The translations under genes and the position numbers were made by a program. From assembly GCF_006345805.1 (NCBI RefSeq), contig NC_043001.1:108376001-108440000 (forward strand): a stretch of 64,000 nucleotides of DNA, in the 5' to 3' direction. The first letter of the stretch is position 1. Each line of letters opens with the position of its first letter. Below the pieces are notes generated by a model. The model worked only from the letters and a program-made list of their open reading frames with translations. It had not been told where the DNA came from and did no database searches. Of the stretch, positions 39,528 through 52,055 are shown piece after piece. Source of the stretch: Octopus sinensis. Taxonomy: Eukaryota.

Positions 39528-39960
39528 TTTTACCTTTTACTTGTTTCAATCATTAGACTACGGCCATGCTAGAGCACTGCTTTGAAGAATTTTTAGTCTA
39601 ATGAATCAGCCCCAGAACTTGGAGCCTTTTAAAACCTGATACTTATTCTATCAATCGCTTTTGCTAAACTGCTAAGTTACAGGGACGTTAGCAAACTAAC
39701 AACAGTTGTCAATCAGTGGTGGAGAACAAACAAAGGCACACTAACAGACATACATACAATTACACACAAATATATATATATATATACACACACAACGCAC
39801 ACACACACACGACAGGCTTCTTTCAGTTTCCGTCTACCAAATCCACTTGCAAGGCTTTGGTCAGCCCAAGGCTATAGTAGAAGACACTTGCCCAAAGTGC
39901 CACACAGTGGGACTGAACCCAGGGCCATGTGGTTGGGAAGCATACAGCCACTTACCACAC
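39528..39960 (-). mobile_element. SINE family A, older copy
   Basis: Diverged reverse complement of the consensus. Confidence 0.8.
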
Positions 39961-40079
39961 TGCCACAGCGAAACAGCTTAGAACAAATTTTGAAATGGTT
40001 CTGCTGCACCATATCAGAACACAGCATCCAAGATTCATCCCCTGGCACTGAATGTTGACTGAAGGTTTATAATAATAAT

Positions 40080-40570
40080 GAAATTACTGTATACAGTGCT
40101 CAGGTGCACCACAACTTGTCAAAAGTGTGTATAAAGCATATGCAGTAATGTACAAATGTCTGGGAAGTGAACAGGGTATGAGTCAGACACAGGCTTGGGT
40201 GCGTATAGAGGAGAGAAAATCAGGTGTAGTGTTGGCGAATCTCAGGAAGCATGGAAGTTTTGAAGGATGCAGTGCTCCAACAACAAACAACTGATGCCGG
40301 TAGTTTGTTTTATGCTTCAGCAACTCTTAGCGTGAAAAAATGTTTCTGAAAGTCATGGAAGGAGCTGTGCTGTTTTCTGACTTTGTAAACATGTCCACGG
40401 GTGTTAGAGAGATGGAGTGTGAAAAGGTGCTCAGAGTTATTGTTAGTAAAGCGGTTAATAATTTTATGGGTGTCTGCCAAGTCAGCTGCCAGATGTCGGA
40501 GTTTCACTGTCTCCATACCCAGGGAAGTAAGGCATTCAGTAAAGTGTTCAGGGAAGTAAGGCGTTTGTAT
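40080..40570 (-). mobile_element. CR1-clade LINE 3' fragment
   Basis: ORF 40310-40516 contains LSNTRGHVYKVRKQHSSFHDFQKHFFTLRVAEA*NKLP. Confidence 0.85.
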
Positions 40571-40881
40571 TACTACACCTAATCTATATGGAACGTTAAA
40601 AATTTTTCACATAAAATTCAAAAATAAATCTAAAAGACTCATAATTCTTTTCTATTGTAGGCACAAGGCCCAAAATCTTTTTTGGGGGAGTGGGGTCATT
40701 CAATTAGATCAACCCCAGAATGCAACTGGTACTTAATTTATCGACCTCGAAAGGATGAAAGACAACTTCGACCTTGACGGAATTTGAAAAAGATTAGTAA
40801 TAATTATAAAACGGCATTATTATGTATAACTTTCCCAGGACCTGCAGCTGTAGAATTTTCCCCTCCATTACCCACTTTCAC

Positions 40882-40927
40882 CTGGCAATAAAATAACTGC
40901 AGCCCTCTTCGTATATGTTCCAAAATA
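40882..40927 (-). CDS. Candidate 46-nt exon
   Basis: Long T-tract acceptor ...ccaacctatgcag|TAT and donor CAG|gtgaaa. Reads YFGTYTKRAAVILLP(G) if joined to the 41106-40983 exon; all three frames are open. Confidence 0.35.
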
Positions 40928-40982
40928 CTGCATAGGTTGGAATGACAAAAAAAAAAATTTGAAAAATAAAAATAAAAGGTAC

Positions 40983-41106
40983 CGCATATTTGTCACTTGT
41001 TGATGTATGAGTTTCAAATGTCACATCTGTCGTACAGTGAGACCAGGGTTCCACTTGACATTTAACACTTTTGTTAGCAAGACTGTTACCAATCAGCAAG
41101 TGCCAG
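40983..41106 (-). CDS. Candidate 124-nt exon (phase 2-0)
   Basis: Strong acceptor cccactgcttttgctctttgcag|C and donor GCG|gtacct; the only open frame is WHLLIGNSLANKSVKCQVEPWSHCTTDVTFETHTSTSDKYA. Confidence 0.45.
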
Positions 41107-41271
41107 CTGCAAAGAGCAAAAGCAGTGGGGGGTAGAGGGGGGGGGACATTGCAGCCAAGAAACACTTTGTAAACTACACAGCATTATCAACATGTACCAG
41201 TGTGTGATGGGCAGCAATTACAAGGCAATCAAACCAAGAATATACCTCACAAGTTTCATCATCGTTACCGT

Positions 41272-41826
41272 AGGCGTAGGAGTGGCTGTGTGGTAAGTAG
41301 CTTGCTTACCAATCACATGGTTCCGGGTTCAATCCCACAGCGTGGCACCTTGGGCAAGTGTCTTCTACTATAGCGTCGGGCCAACCAAAGCCTTGTGAGT
41401 GGATTTGGTAGACAGAAACTGAAAGAATCCCATCGTATATATCATCATCATCGTTTAACATCTGTTTTCCATGCAAGCATGGGTTGGACGGTTTGACCGG
41501 GGTGTGGGAAGCCAGGAGGATGCACCAGGCTCCAGTCTGATCTGGCAGTGTTTCTACAGCTGGATGCCCTTCCTAACGCCAACCACTCCATGAGTGTAGT
41601 GGGTGCTTTGTATTTGTTTGTGTGTCTGTGTTTGTCTCCTCAACATCGCCTGACAACTGATGTTGGTGTGTTTATATCCCCGTAACTAGGTGGTTTGGCA
41701 AAAGAGGCTGATAGAATAAGTACTAGACTTACAAAGAATAAGTCCTGGAGTCAATTTGCTCGACTAAAGGCAGTGCTCCAGCATGGCCACAGTCAAATGA
41801 CTGAAACAAGTAAAAGAGTAAAGAGA
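41272..41826 (+). mobile_element. SINE family A with an RTE 3' tail nested in its central microsatellite (41441-41610, minus strand)
   Basis: The SINE halves are colinear on either side of catcatcatcgtttaac...gtgggtgct. Confidence 0.88.
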
Positions 41827-42189
41827 GTATTCCCATTAGGCTAACACAACACATTCATCATTACAATCAGCAATAACCTCCACCACCAACCAGCTAACGA
41901 GAGGGTCATTATGGCTTCCCAAAAGCTGCTAGAAAGAGCTGTCAAATCACCTCAAGTCAATGCTTGCTTTTTACCGTAAATCTCAAGATTACACTGGATA
42001 TTGCAATTCAAGATGCAAAGGAGGATAGGACGGTAATTGATGGAACACCTTGGATCAAGGGTCAGCTCAACAGCATCAACCTTGACCCTATAAATCTATT
42101 TCTGCAATGACATCATTGCCACCATAGTCAAAAGGTTTCCAGCATTTAGTTTACCTTTACTTCCTACTTGCTAGGAGCAGTATGCCCTA

Positions 42190-42411
42190 TTTACATTATT
42201 TACATTTGACGGATATTTGTCCTCATCTTGTTTGTTGTTAACGTTTTGACTGATATACCCTCCTGCCTTCATCAGGTGTCTTGGGGAAATTTCGAAACTG
42301 GGTTCTCATACCTAAGGTATTTTTCAATGTTATTATTATTATTATTATTATTATTCATGTCACTGCCTGGAATAGAACTCAGAATCTTGGGGTTAGTAGC
42401 CCACACTCTTA
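42190..42411 (-). mobile_element. Family C copy (degenerate hammerhead at about 42240-42280)
   Basis: Colinear with 8715-8940. Confidence 0.8.
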
Positions 42412-42675
42412 TCCGTCCAGAAACACTCCCCAAGCTTTCCCATTACTTATAAACCCTCTTGCTTTTCTCACTCCAACACCTCTGACCATCAAAGCTTTCC
42501 TCACTCCATCCATCTACACAAACCGAGGTCTGCATCTGGTTCTGCTACCTACCACTTCTGCCTTTATCGCCCTCCTTACCATCTGCTCCTCATCCATCCT
42601 CTCCATATGGCCAAACCATCTCAACATTCGTCTATCCATTTTGGTTGTTAGTTTTTCTCTCATTCCTGTCAGGCC
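42412..42675 (-). mobile_element. RTE-clade LINE ORF C-terminal fragment
   Basis: Minus-strand translation MDRRMLRWFGHMERMDEEQMVRRAIKAEVVGSRTRCRPRFV*MDGV, matching the LRWFGHV.RM...GRP...W.D motif. Confidence 0.85.
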
Positions 42676-43716
42676 CTAGAGCTGATATTGGGGGTTGCAT
42701 TCTATGCCTTGAACCAAGCAGAGGACAGGGCTCGCCTCTTTGAGGTGGGAGATGAATGGAATGCCTGGTGTGTGTCTTGTTGTGACTACCCCCTCCTAAA
42801 ACAAAGGGGGAATAGGCCTGGATATAAAAAAAAAAATTAATATTGCAAGGCATCTTTGTCAGACAGGATGTTTTGCAGTATCTCTTTTGGCTCTTTAGGT
42901 TATGATGGCCATATCTGGAATGCTATAAGTACCAACTTGTATCAGCCTCTTCACCCCAGCAACATAGGTGGTGTGAAGAAGGGAAACTTGCAAACACGAG
43001 CAGCAGCAGCTGCCTTCCATAAAAGGGAAAAAAAACTTTAGCTTGTACTTCGAAGAGGAACTTCCCAATTTCAGATCAAAAATTCTCATTGAGACATTAG
43101 AGGTCCCAAACATAAAATCTCCAGCACCATCATCATTTAACGTTCATGTTCCATGCTGGGATGCATTTGACAGTTTGACAAGGATTCAACAGGTCCAAGG
43201 ATTCCACCAAGCTTCACTGTCCGCTTCAACATGGTTTCTACAGCTGAATGCCCTGCCAAATGCCAACCACTTCACAGCATGTACCAGGTGCTTTTTCTTG
43301 CTACAGGCACTATAATTTCATAGACTGAATTAGTTTGTAATCATACTGTTTAGTATTCTAAATAATTTTATCCAAAAGACATGATGGGGAATAGTAAAAG
43401 ACTGATCTCTTGAAATTTAAGTATTCCCTTTATGAGTTTATAATCCAAGCACTTTTCAATGCCAAATTAAAAATTGATTAACGCACCTAAAGTAGGAAAG
43501 TCAGTTCCTTCACAGATGTTGTGTCTATTCTCCAAGGTTAACTGAACTAAATTTATTTATTAGTCATAACATACTGATGATAAAAACAGTGTCTTCGGAT
43601 CTGCTTGTGCTGCATTTCTGGAAATAACATCTGTTAATTCACTGCCAAACTTTCCTTAAACTGTTACTGAGTTTCACTGAACTGGGTTGAGTGTATGTAT
43701 ATGATGTATATGTATG

Positions 43717-43755
<39 letters not shown>

Positions 43756-43928
43756 CCATTTATCTTTTCCACCCACCATTCCTGGATGGGTTTTGGGAAT
43801 CCCCAGACACCTCCCCCATAGGATCCTATAAGAAGCAATCATCATTATATGTTCTGACCAGATTCCCAAGTGTGACAAACTGAGGCTATGGATATTATCC
43901 AAACATCACATTGTTGTGTATACATATC

Positions 43929-43961
<33 letters not shown>

Positions 43962-44030
43962 ATATATATATGTATATATGTAAAGAGAGAGAGAGAAAGA
44001 CAAACAGACAGAGAGATAGATAAATATATG

Positions 44031-44079
<49 letters not shown>

Positions 44080-44081
<2 letters not shown>

Positions 44082-44475
44082 TTTACTTGTATCAGTCATT
44101 TGACTGCAGCCATGCTGGAGCACTGCCTTTTGTCAAACAAATTGACTCCTAGGACTTATTCTTTGTAAGCCCAGTACTTATTCTATTAGTCTCTTTTGCC
44201 GAACCACACTAAGTTGCGGGGACGTAAACACACCAACATAGGTTGCCCAGCAATATGGGGGGGGGCGTGCACAAACACAGACATACAAACATATACATAC
44301 ATATATATATATATATATATATGATGGGCTTCTTTCAGTTTCCATCTACTAAATCCACTCACAAGGTTTTGATCAGCCCAAGGCTATAGTAGAAGACACT
44401 TGCCCAAGGTGCCACACAGTGGAACTGAACCTGGAACCATGTGGTTGGGAAGCAAGCTTCTTACCACACAGCCAC
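44080..44475 (-). mobile_element. SINE family A copy (a further partial copy at about 44478-44660)
   Basis: Reverse complement of the consensus. Confidence 0.85.
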
Positions 44476-44704
44476 ACTCTTTTACTTGTTTCAGTCATCT
44501 GACTGTGGCCATGCTGGAGCACTGCCTTTAGTCAAACAAATCAACCACAGGATTTTATTCTTTGTAATCCTAGTACTTATTCTATTGCCACTAAGTTACA
44601 GGGATCTAAACACACCAGCATTGGCTGTCGAGCGATGATCGGAGGATAGACAAACACACGCGCACGCGCAACACACACACACACACACACACCACACACA
44701 TATA

Positions 44705-44922
44705 TTGGGTTGGTGCATAATTATTGGAGGTTTTTTTCAACAAACAAAAAAATAACAATGTTTAGCAAAAACATCTTTAAATGCTGGTCTGACAGTCTGC
44801 CAAGCAAATGGGAAGCAGTAATTGAAGTAGATGGTGAATATGCTCCAGAATAATCATTTAAAGATGTTTTGGTTCAATAAAATTTGTTGAAAAAAAGCCA
44901 CAATAATTATGCACCAACCCAA
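44705..44922 (+). mobile_element. Internally deleted mariner element (218 bp)
   Basis: TA TSD, TIR TTGGGTTGGTGCATAATTATTG at both ends, and a retained transposase C-terminus SLPSKWEAVIEVDGEYAPE*. Confidence 0.92.
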
Positions 44923-45114
44923 TACACACACACACACACACACAGAATGCGCTTCATTCAGTTTCTGTCTACCAAATCCACTCACAAGGCTTTGGTCAGC
45001 CTGAGATTATTCTAGAAGACACTTGCCCAAGGTGCTATGCAGTGGGACTGAACCCAGTAGTACCCTGTGTTTGGGAAGCAAGCTTCTTACCACAAACACA
45101 TGCTATGCTTATAT

Positions 45115-45395
45115 AAATATTGCCAGCCTCGCCTGGCCTCCGTGCCAGTGGCAAGTAAAAAGCACCATCCGATCGCGGCCATTTGCCAGCCTCGTCTGGC
45201 ACCTGTGCCGGTGGCACGTAAAAAACACCCACTACACTCATGGAGTGGTTGGCGTTAGAAAGGGCATCCAGCCGTAGAAACATTGCCAGACCAGACTGGG
45301 CCTGGTGCAGCCTTCTGGCTTCCCAGACCCCAGTTGCACTGTCCAACACATGCTAGCATGGAAAGCGGACGCTAAACGATGATGATGATGATATA
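45115..45395 (+). mobile_element. RTE-clade 3'UTR copy
   Basis: Two VNTR units, body and (GAT)n. Other copies lie near 929, 7200, 9230, 24880, 27712, 43125, 57706, 60545 and 63405. Confidence 0.75.
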
Positions 45396-45466
45396 TATAT
45401 ATATATAATGATGATGATGATGATATATATATATATATAATGATGATGATGATATATATATATATT

Positions 45467-45698
45467 AAGGCGGCAAGCTGGCAGAAACGTTAGCACACCG
45501 GGCAAAATGCTTAGTGTTATTGCGTCTGTCATTGCGTTCTGAGTTCAAATTCCGCCGAGGTCGACTTTGCCTTTCATCCTTTCGGGGTCGATAAATTAAG
45601 TACCAGTTACGCACTGGGGTCAATGTAATCGACTTAATCCGTTTGTCTGTCCTTGTTTGTCCCCCCTGTGTTTGGCCCCTTGTGGGTAGTAAAGAAAC

Positions 45699-45700
<2 letters not shown>
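45467..45700 (+). mobile_element. SINE family B, best-preserved copy
   Basis: A-box-like AGCTGGCAGAAACGTTAGC, B box GAGTTCAAATTCC and core GCCTTTCATCCTTTCGGGGTCGATAAATTAAGTACCAG, which resembles the Meta-domain known from Sauria-type and molluscan SINEs. It sits in a (TA)n tract. Confidence 0.9.
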
Positions 45701-45738
<38 letters not shown>

Positions 45739-46130
45739 TAAGAAAAAAAATTATTATTTAAGGAAGACTTGGTTCCTATTTCTAACTAGTCGAGCAAACA
45801 AAGGAGTTCCTGATTAGTGCAAAATACACAAAATAAACAGTCTTGAGTGTGAATGAACTTATCTCATATCTGTGTAAAAAGATCAAATAAATAGGAATTT
45901 AATTTTGAAAAATGGGAAAAAAATGTTTAAAAATTTCTAACCACAAATAGATTTATCAGTTTCCCCTGGTGTGCAGTTCCCAGCAGAATGTCATGTAAAC
46001 ATAATGTAATTTCCTATTGTAGCATCTCATTATTTTTAATTATGCTTTTGCATATATTTGACTAAAGACTAACAAAGATTCATGAAAAAGGATTCAGTTT
46101 TATTCATATATCTGTCTATCTATACAGACA

Positions 46131-46500
46131 GGCAGATAGATAGACACACACATATACATATATATACATACATATATATATATACATACAAACATATATA
46201 CATACATATACACACACACATACATACATACATATACACACACACATACATACATACATATACACACACACATACATACATACATATACACACACACATA
46301 CATACATACATATACACACACACATACATATATTATATATATATATATATATATACATATATATACACACATACATATACATATACACACATACATATAC
46401 ATATATACACATACATATACACACACGCACATACATACATATACACAAATATATACACTTTCACATGTATACATATGAATATACAAACATACACACCTAT
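46131..46500. repeat. Compound (TA)/(CA)/(TACA) microsatellite
   Basis: Read directly from the sequence. Confidence 0.95.
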
Positions 46501-47044
46501 GTATCTAAATATACACAAACACACACATATATACACACCTATCTGAATATACAAACTTATACACACATATCTGCATACACATATGATGAAGTCATACAAA
46601 CACACCCACACATTTACATATAGACATACGCCTGCATATACACAAACTAACACACACATACTTATGATCTACACACACACACACACACCACACACACAAA
46701 CAAAAATTTATACACACACTCACACACACTTATTTAGACACATTCTCATCTCTGTACCTACATTAATATCTGCATAATTCACATACTTTCACTTCATTTC
46801 GCTTATTAATTTGTCATTTCTGTTTCACTCAATTTCTCTCTCTCTCTCTCTCACTCACACACACACACACACAACACACACACACACACACACACATGCA
46901 CACACATGCACAAAGGCTCACACACAGCATTTGCTGACAAACAAACTAATTCAAGAGAATTTCAAAATACATTTAAAACCTTATGTTACAGCAGAAATTT
47001 CACAGGAAAAAGCAAAATTTGGAATAATCACATCATACAGGCAC

Positions 47045-47720
<676 letters not shown>

Positions 47721-47733
47721 AGAATGTGTCAAA

Positions 47734-47838
47734 CAGATGTCTGAAAGAATTGTCAGGAATGGCAGCCATACTGTTGTCATCAATCAACACTTCTGAAAGT
47801 AAATGAATTCTTGGAAAGTGGGCCACATGAGGGCTGCT
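47734..47838 (-). CDS. Candidate exon or relic encoding a leucine-rich-repeat-like segment
   Basis: tgtttgttcgtag|SSPHVAHFPRIHLLSEVLIDDNSMAAIPDNSFRHL fits LxxLxLxxNxLxxIPxxxFxxL. There is no convincing donor at the end, which abuts a SINE tail. Confidence 0.3.
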
Positions 47839-48035
47839 CTACGAACAAACATTCAAAGTAATTTTTCATTTAGGAATGCTATTCAGAACATCCTGTGCTC
47901 CACAGTTTACCCATGGCTGGTCTATACAGTCATGCAAAATCTGCTAGAGTGAGCAACCAAGTCACCTTTAAAAATACACCCATATCTCCTTATCCTGAAG
48001 GACACATAAGATAATGTAATCCTTGATAGTCTTAA

Positions 48036-48702
48036 CCCTTTCGATACCAACCAGGCTGAAACCAGCTCTGGCTCTGTAGTATAAATGTCTTGTTTTCATA
48101 ATGAAAGGCATTCTGTCCATGACCATCTTGTCGTTATCATTCAGCTAGTGTTAGGAACATAAATTGTGACTAAGGTTTGAGGGAAGATGTTAATTCAAAA
48201 CTTATGAAAACAAGACATTGGTACCCAGAACCAGAGGTAGTTTTGGCCAGGTTGGTAACAATAGTGTTAAGAATTGTTTCTCTATTATATATTTTAACCC
48301 TCTTGTGACCATATTTCTGTTGAGATGCTCTGTGTTTCTTTCAATTAATTTTCAATATAACAAAGGACGGTTCAACTGGAGTCTGGCAAGCCCGAAGGCT
48401 GCACCAGGCCAGTCAGATCTGTAGAAACACTGCCAGATCTGACTGGCCTGGTGCAGCCTTCGGGCTTGCCAGACCCCAGTTGAACCGTCCAACCCATGCT
48501 AGCATGGAAAGCGGACGTTAAACGATGATGATGATGATGATGATGAAAGGATTTAGTAAAATAAAGTAGTTATCATTAAGCTAGTGTTAGGAACATAAAT
48601 TGTGACTAAGGTTTAGTGGAAGATGTTAATTCAAAACTTATGAAAACAAGACATTTGTACCCAGAGCCAGAGGCGGTTTTGGCCGGGTTGGTAACGAAAG
48701 GG
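48036..48702. mobile_element. Tandem dimer of piggyBac-like MITE family 1 (first monomer rearranged, second interrupted by an RTE tail)
   Basis: Spacer gaattgtttctctattatatatt at 48271-48293 is the exact reverse complement of 38854-38876. Confidence 0.88.
48368..48545 (+). mobile_element. 5'-truncated RTE tail with a fold-back inversion, inserted in a piggyBac-like MITE; TSD AAAGGA
   Basis: aaagga at 48362-48367 and 48546-48551; 56-bp inverted repeat 48365-48420/48435-48490. Confidence 0.9.
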
Positions 48703-49329
48703 TTAACTGGTACTTAACTAATCTACCCTGAAAGGATGAAAGGCAAAGTCGACCTTGGCTGAATTTGAACTCAGAACGTAGCAACAGATGAAATACAGCT
48801 AAGTATATTGCCCAGCATGCTAAGGATTCTGCCAGCTCACCAAAAATGATAATTTTTTTTAATATAAGCACAAGGTTCTGAGGAAGGATATAGTCTATTG
48901 AATCTAGACAGGTGGTACTCCATCTATTGATACCCTGAAGGGATGATAGAATCAGTCAGCAGATTTTGAACTCTGATTGCAAAGAAACAGCACTATATAT
49001 ATCCTTTTATATAACTTTTATAAAACTATAAGAATAACATGTACTGGAATAAGGGAGAGGAAAACATTTCCTGCAAAAAAATAAATGAATAAATAAATAG
49101 CAAAAATGAACTTGCTTGTTTCCTCTTCTGCCTCCTCCCCTCTTCATCCTCTCTGTCAGTCAATACTTAGTCAAAAGTTTATAAATTATGAGGTTAATCC
49201 TCAGGAAATAATGAAATAAATCAACATCATAAGGTTGACCTAATTTATAGGAATACAACAGGAACATCTTCAAAATAAATATACAGGCTGAACATGGCAA
49301 GTTTATCAATGGGGCAGCTGATAAACACA

Positions 49330-49530
49330 GAGGAGGAGGAGGCAGTGGCGGCGGTGGTGGTGGTGATGGTGGTGGTGGTGGTGGCTGGTTGGTTGGTGAT
49401 TGATAGTGGTTGATGGGGTAATGGTGGTGGTGGTGGTGGTGATGGTTGATGTGGTGATGGTGCCAGTGGTGGTTGTAATGGTTCATGACGATGATGATGG
49501 TAGTGTTGATGATGGTTGGATATGAATGTG
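49330..49530. repeat. Compound (GGT)/(GAT) triplet tract
   Basis: Read directly from the sequence. Confidence 0.9.
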
Positions 49531-50465
49531 ATGACGGCTGATGTAGTATAGATCCTACTCTAGTTATCATTGTACTTGTTTAACCCAGATCAGTCTTAAT
49601 CAATCAGACTTATAATGAAAGGCATTCCGTCCATGACCATCTCGTCGGTTTTCCTTCACCTAGGGAACTTAGAGCCACATTATTCAATGTGTCATTTTCA
49701 AAGACAAAGTGTGATTTGAGGGAAATTTGGTTGCTATTTCTAGCAGGTCAAACTACACAGAGATTACTTCATCAGCTATCATCATGGTGGTGGAGATGAT
49801 GAAAATGGTTGATGCTATTATGATGATGATGATGATAGTGATTGATGTGAAATCATGATGATGATGATGATGATTAAGATAATGGAGATAATGGTATCAT
49901 CAAACACCCCTCCCTTTCTCCCCCCACTCCCTGACAAAATTTACCATTAAGTATAATACTGGCCAGATTAAGATATCCTTGCAGAGAGAACCAGATTTTT
50001 TGTAGAGCAAGAAAGAAAGATAACATGTAAACAGACAAAATATATTTGATAAAAACATATATATATACATATATATATATATTATTATTATTATTAATAT
50101 ATATATATATATATATATACATATATATAAAGCCAACATGTAAAATAAACATAGATTATGTAAGGCAGAGTGGTTAGCAAGAGCTGGAGTGGGGATGAGC
50201 GTACTAGGTTATGGTTGAGATGAATGTAGGTGAAGTAGAAGATGAAGAAGATGATGCCAAACACATATGTGTAAATGAGCATCAGTCTGTGTATGTATGG
50301 GTGCCTATGTGCTTATAAGAGTGTGTGTGTGTGTGTATTTCCTTTCTCTAAAACTTTTATGACACCAACGTAGAAAACAAAAAAAAAACAACACAAAAGA
50401 ATAAAACAGATTTTAAAAATATATATTTTTGAAAAAGTTAGAAAAATTCCAGAACGTTAATTTTC

Positions 50466-50498
<33 letters not shown>

Positions 50499-50822
50499 AT
50501 TTCAATTTTTTTTCCACTTTTTTTTCTTTCCAACCTATGGAGGATAGAAAGAGATAAGTAGAACTTGGGAAGTAAACAAGAACCAAGGTGTGAAGAATTC
50601 AAGACATAAAAAAAAGAGAGAAAGAAGAAAGAAAGAAAGAAAGAAGGGAAAGACAAAATCAAAGAATTACACAAAGATATTCTATAGTAATATTACAAGA
50701 GGAACGGTTAAGTGATATTCATCTCCTTATAATAATCAAACTATCAATCATTCTAACTTCACCGATAATATCCATTACCGTAAGAACATAAAACTGATTT
50801 TTACGAACACCCATTGAGTAAC

Positions 50823-50910
50823 CTGCTCCAACTCCATCGATTTTCAAACATCGACAACAGTTTGGCTTTTGCGCTCAAGAGCTCTTTTGTACAACAACAC
50901 AGATTTGCTT
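50823..50910 (-). CDS. Candidate 88-nt exon (phase 1-2)
   Basis: aaatttctag|AA...AGCAG|gttact; frame (E)ANLCCCTKELLSAKAKLLSMFENRWSWS, phase-compatible with the 41106 exon. Confidence 0.3.
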
Positions 50911-51043
50911 CTAGAAATTTGTATGTGTACAGCACAGCACATAGTAGTAGTAGATGTGGTAGCAGCAGTAGTAGTAATAGTAGTAGTAGTAGAGATAGTA
51001 GCAGTACTAGTGGTAGTGGTAACAGCAGCACCGTAGTTGCAGG

Positions 51044-51271
51044 AGATGTAGTACAGCCCTGCTTGACCAGGTGGTGGTGGTGGTGGTAGTAGTAGTAGTA
51101 GCAGCAGCAGCACCATAGATATAGATGTAGTACAGCCCTGCTTGACCAGGTAGTAGTAGTAGTAGAGATAGTAGTAGTGGTAGTGGTAACAGCAGCACCA
51201 TAGTTGCAGATGTAGTACAGCCCTGCTTGACCAGGTAGTGGTGGTAGTAGTAGTAGTTGCAGTAGTAGTGA

Positions 51272-51310
<39 letters not shown>

Positions 51311-51363
51311 CAGCAGCGGCAGCACCACAGATATAGATGTAGTACAGCCCTGCTTGACCAGGT
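51044..51363. repeat. Minisatellite: four identical 29-bp cores separated by variable triplet tracts
   Basis: agatgtagtacagccctgcttgaccaggt at 51044, 51123, 51208 and 51335. Confidence 0.95.
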
Positions 51364-51689
51364 AGTAGTAGTAGTAGAGCACTGATTGACCAGAAGTATT
51401 CCGATCCTAACCCTCCTGCCCCTATCTTTCAGGCACAATATATAATATAAAGGTACTCAGTAAAATCTGGACTTCGTTTTCTAACACAGTAGAATACGAT
51501 CTGAGGAAACTTGGCTCTTATTTCTGTTATTTTGATCAACTGCTTAGATGCAAATATTTTTACAGCTGGATTCACTTTCTACCGAAGCACTGAACACACA
51601 CACACATATATATATACTCAATTTTCTTTTTTTTTACTTGCTTCAGTTATTTGACTGCAACCATGCTGGAGCACCACCTTTAGTTGAGC

Positions 51690-52055
51690 AAATTGCACCG
51701 AGGTCAACTTTGCCTTTCATCCTTTCGGGGTCGATAAATTAAGTACCAGTTGCATACTGGGGTCAATCTAATTGACTGGCCCCCTTCCCCAAAATTTCAG
51801 GCCTTGTGCCTAGAGTAGAAAAGATTATTGTCAGCTTGGATAGGGCAGCGAGTTGGCAGAATCATTAACACACCAGACAAAATGCTTAGTGGTATGTAAT
51901 CTGTCTTTACATTCTGAGTTCAAATTCCACTGAGGTCAACTTTGCCTTTCGTCTTTTCAGATTCGATAAATTAAGTACCAGTTGCATATGGGGGTCAATC
52001 TAATCAACTGGCCCCCTCCCCCAAAATTTCAGGCCTTGTGCCTAGAGTAGAAAAG
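51690..52055 (+). mobile_element. Two tandem SINE family B copies (alternative tail ...ggccttgtgcctagagtagaaaag)
   Basis: Core and tail repeated twice. Confidence 0.8.

Noticed and set aside
46082-46659. Long H/T/Y/I- or C/V/M-rich ORFs here and at 972, 18595, 36999, 43845 and 60286
   Set aside because: They are translations of (TA)/(CA)/(TACA) microsatellites.
51044-51363. CRISPR call, and the 193-aa ORF 50801-51382
   Set aside because: The spacers are triplet microsatellites, and the ORF is poly-L/Y/H/T from those triplets.
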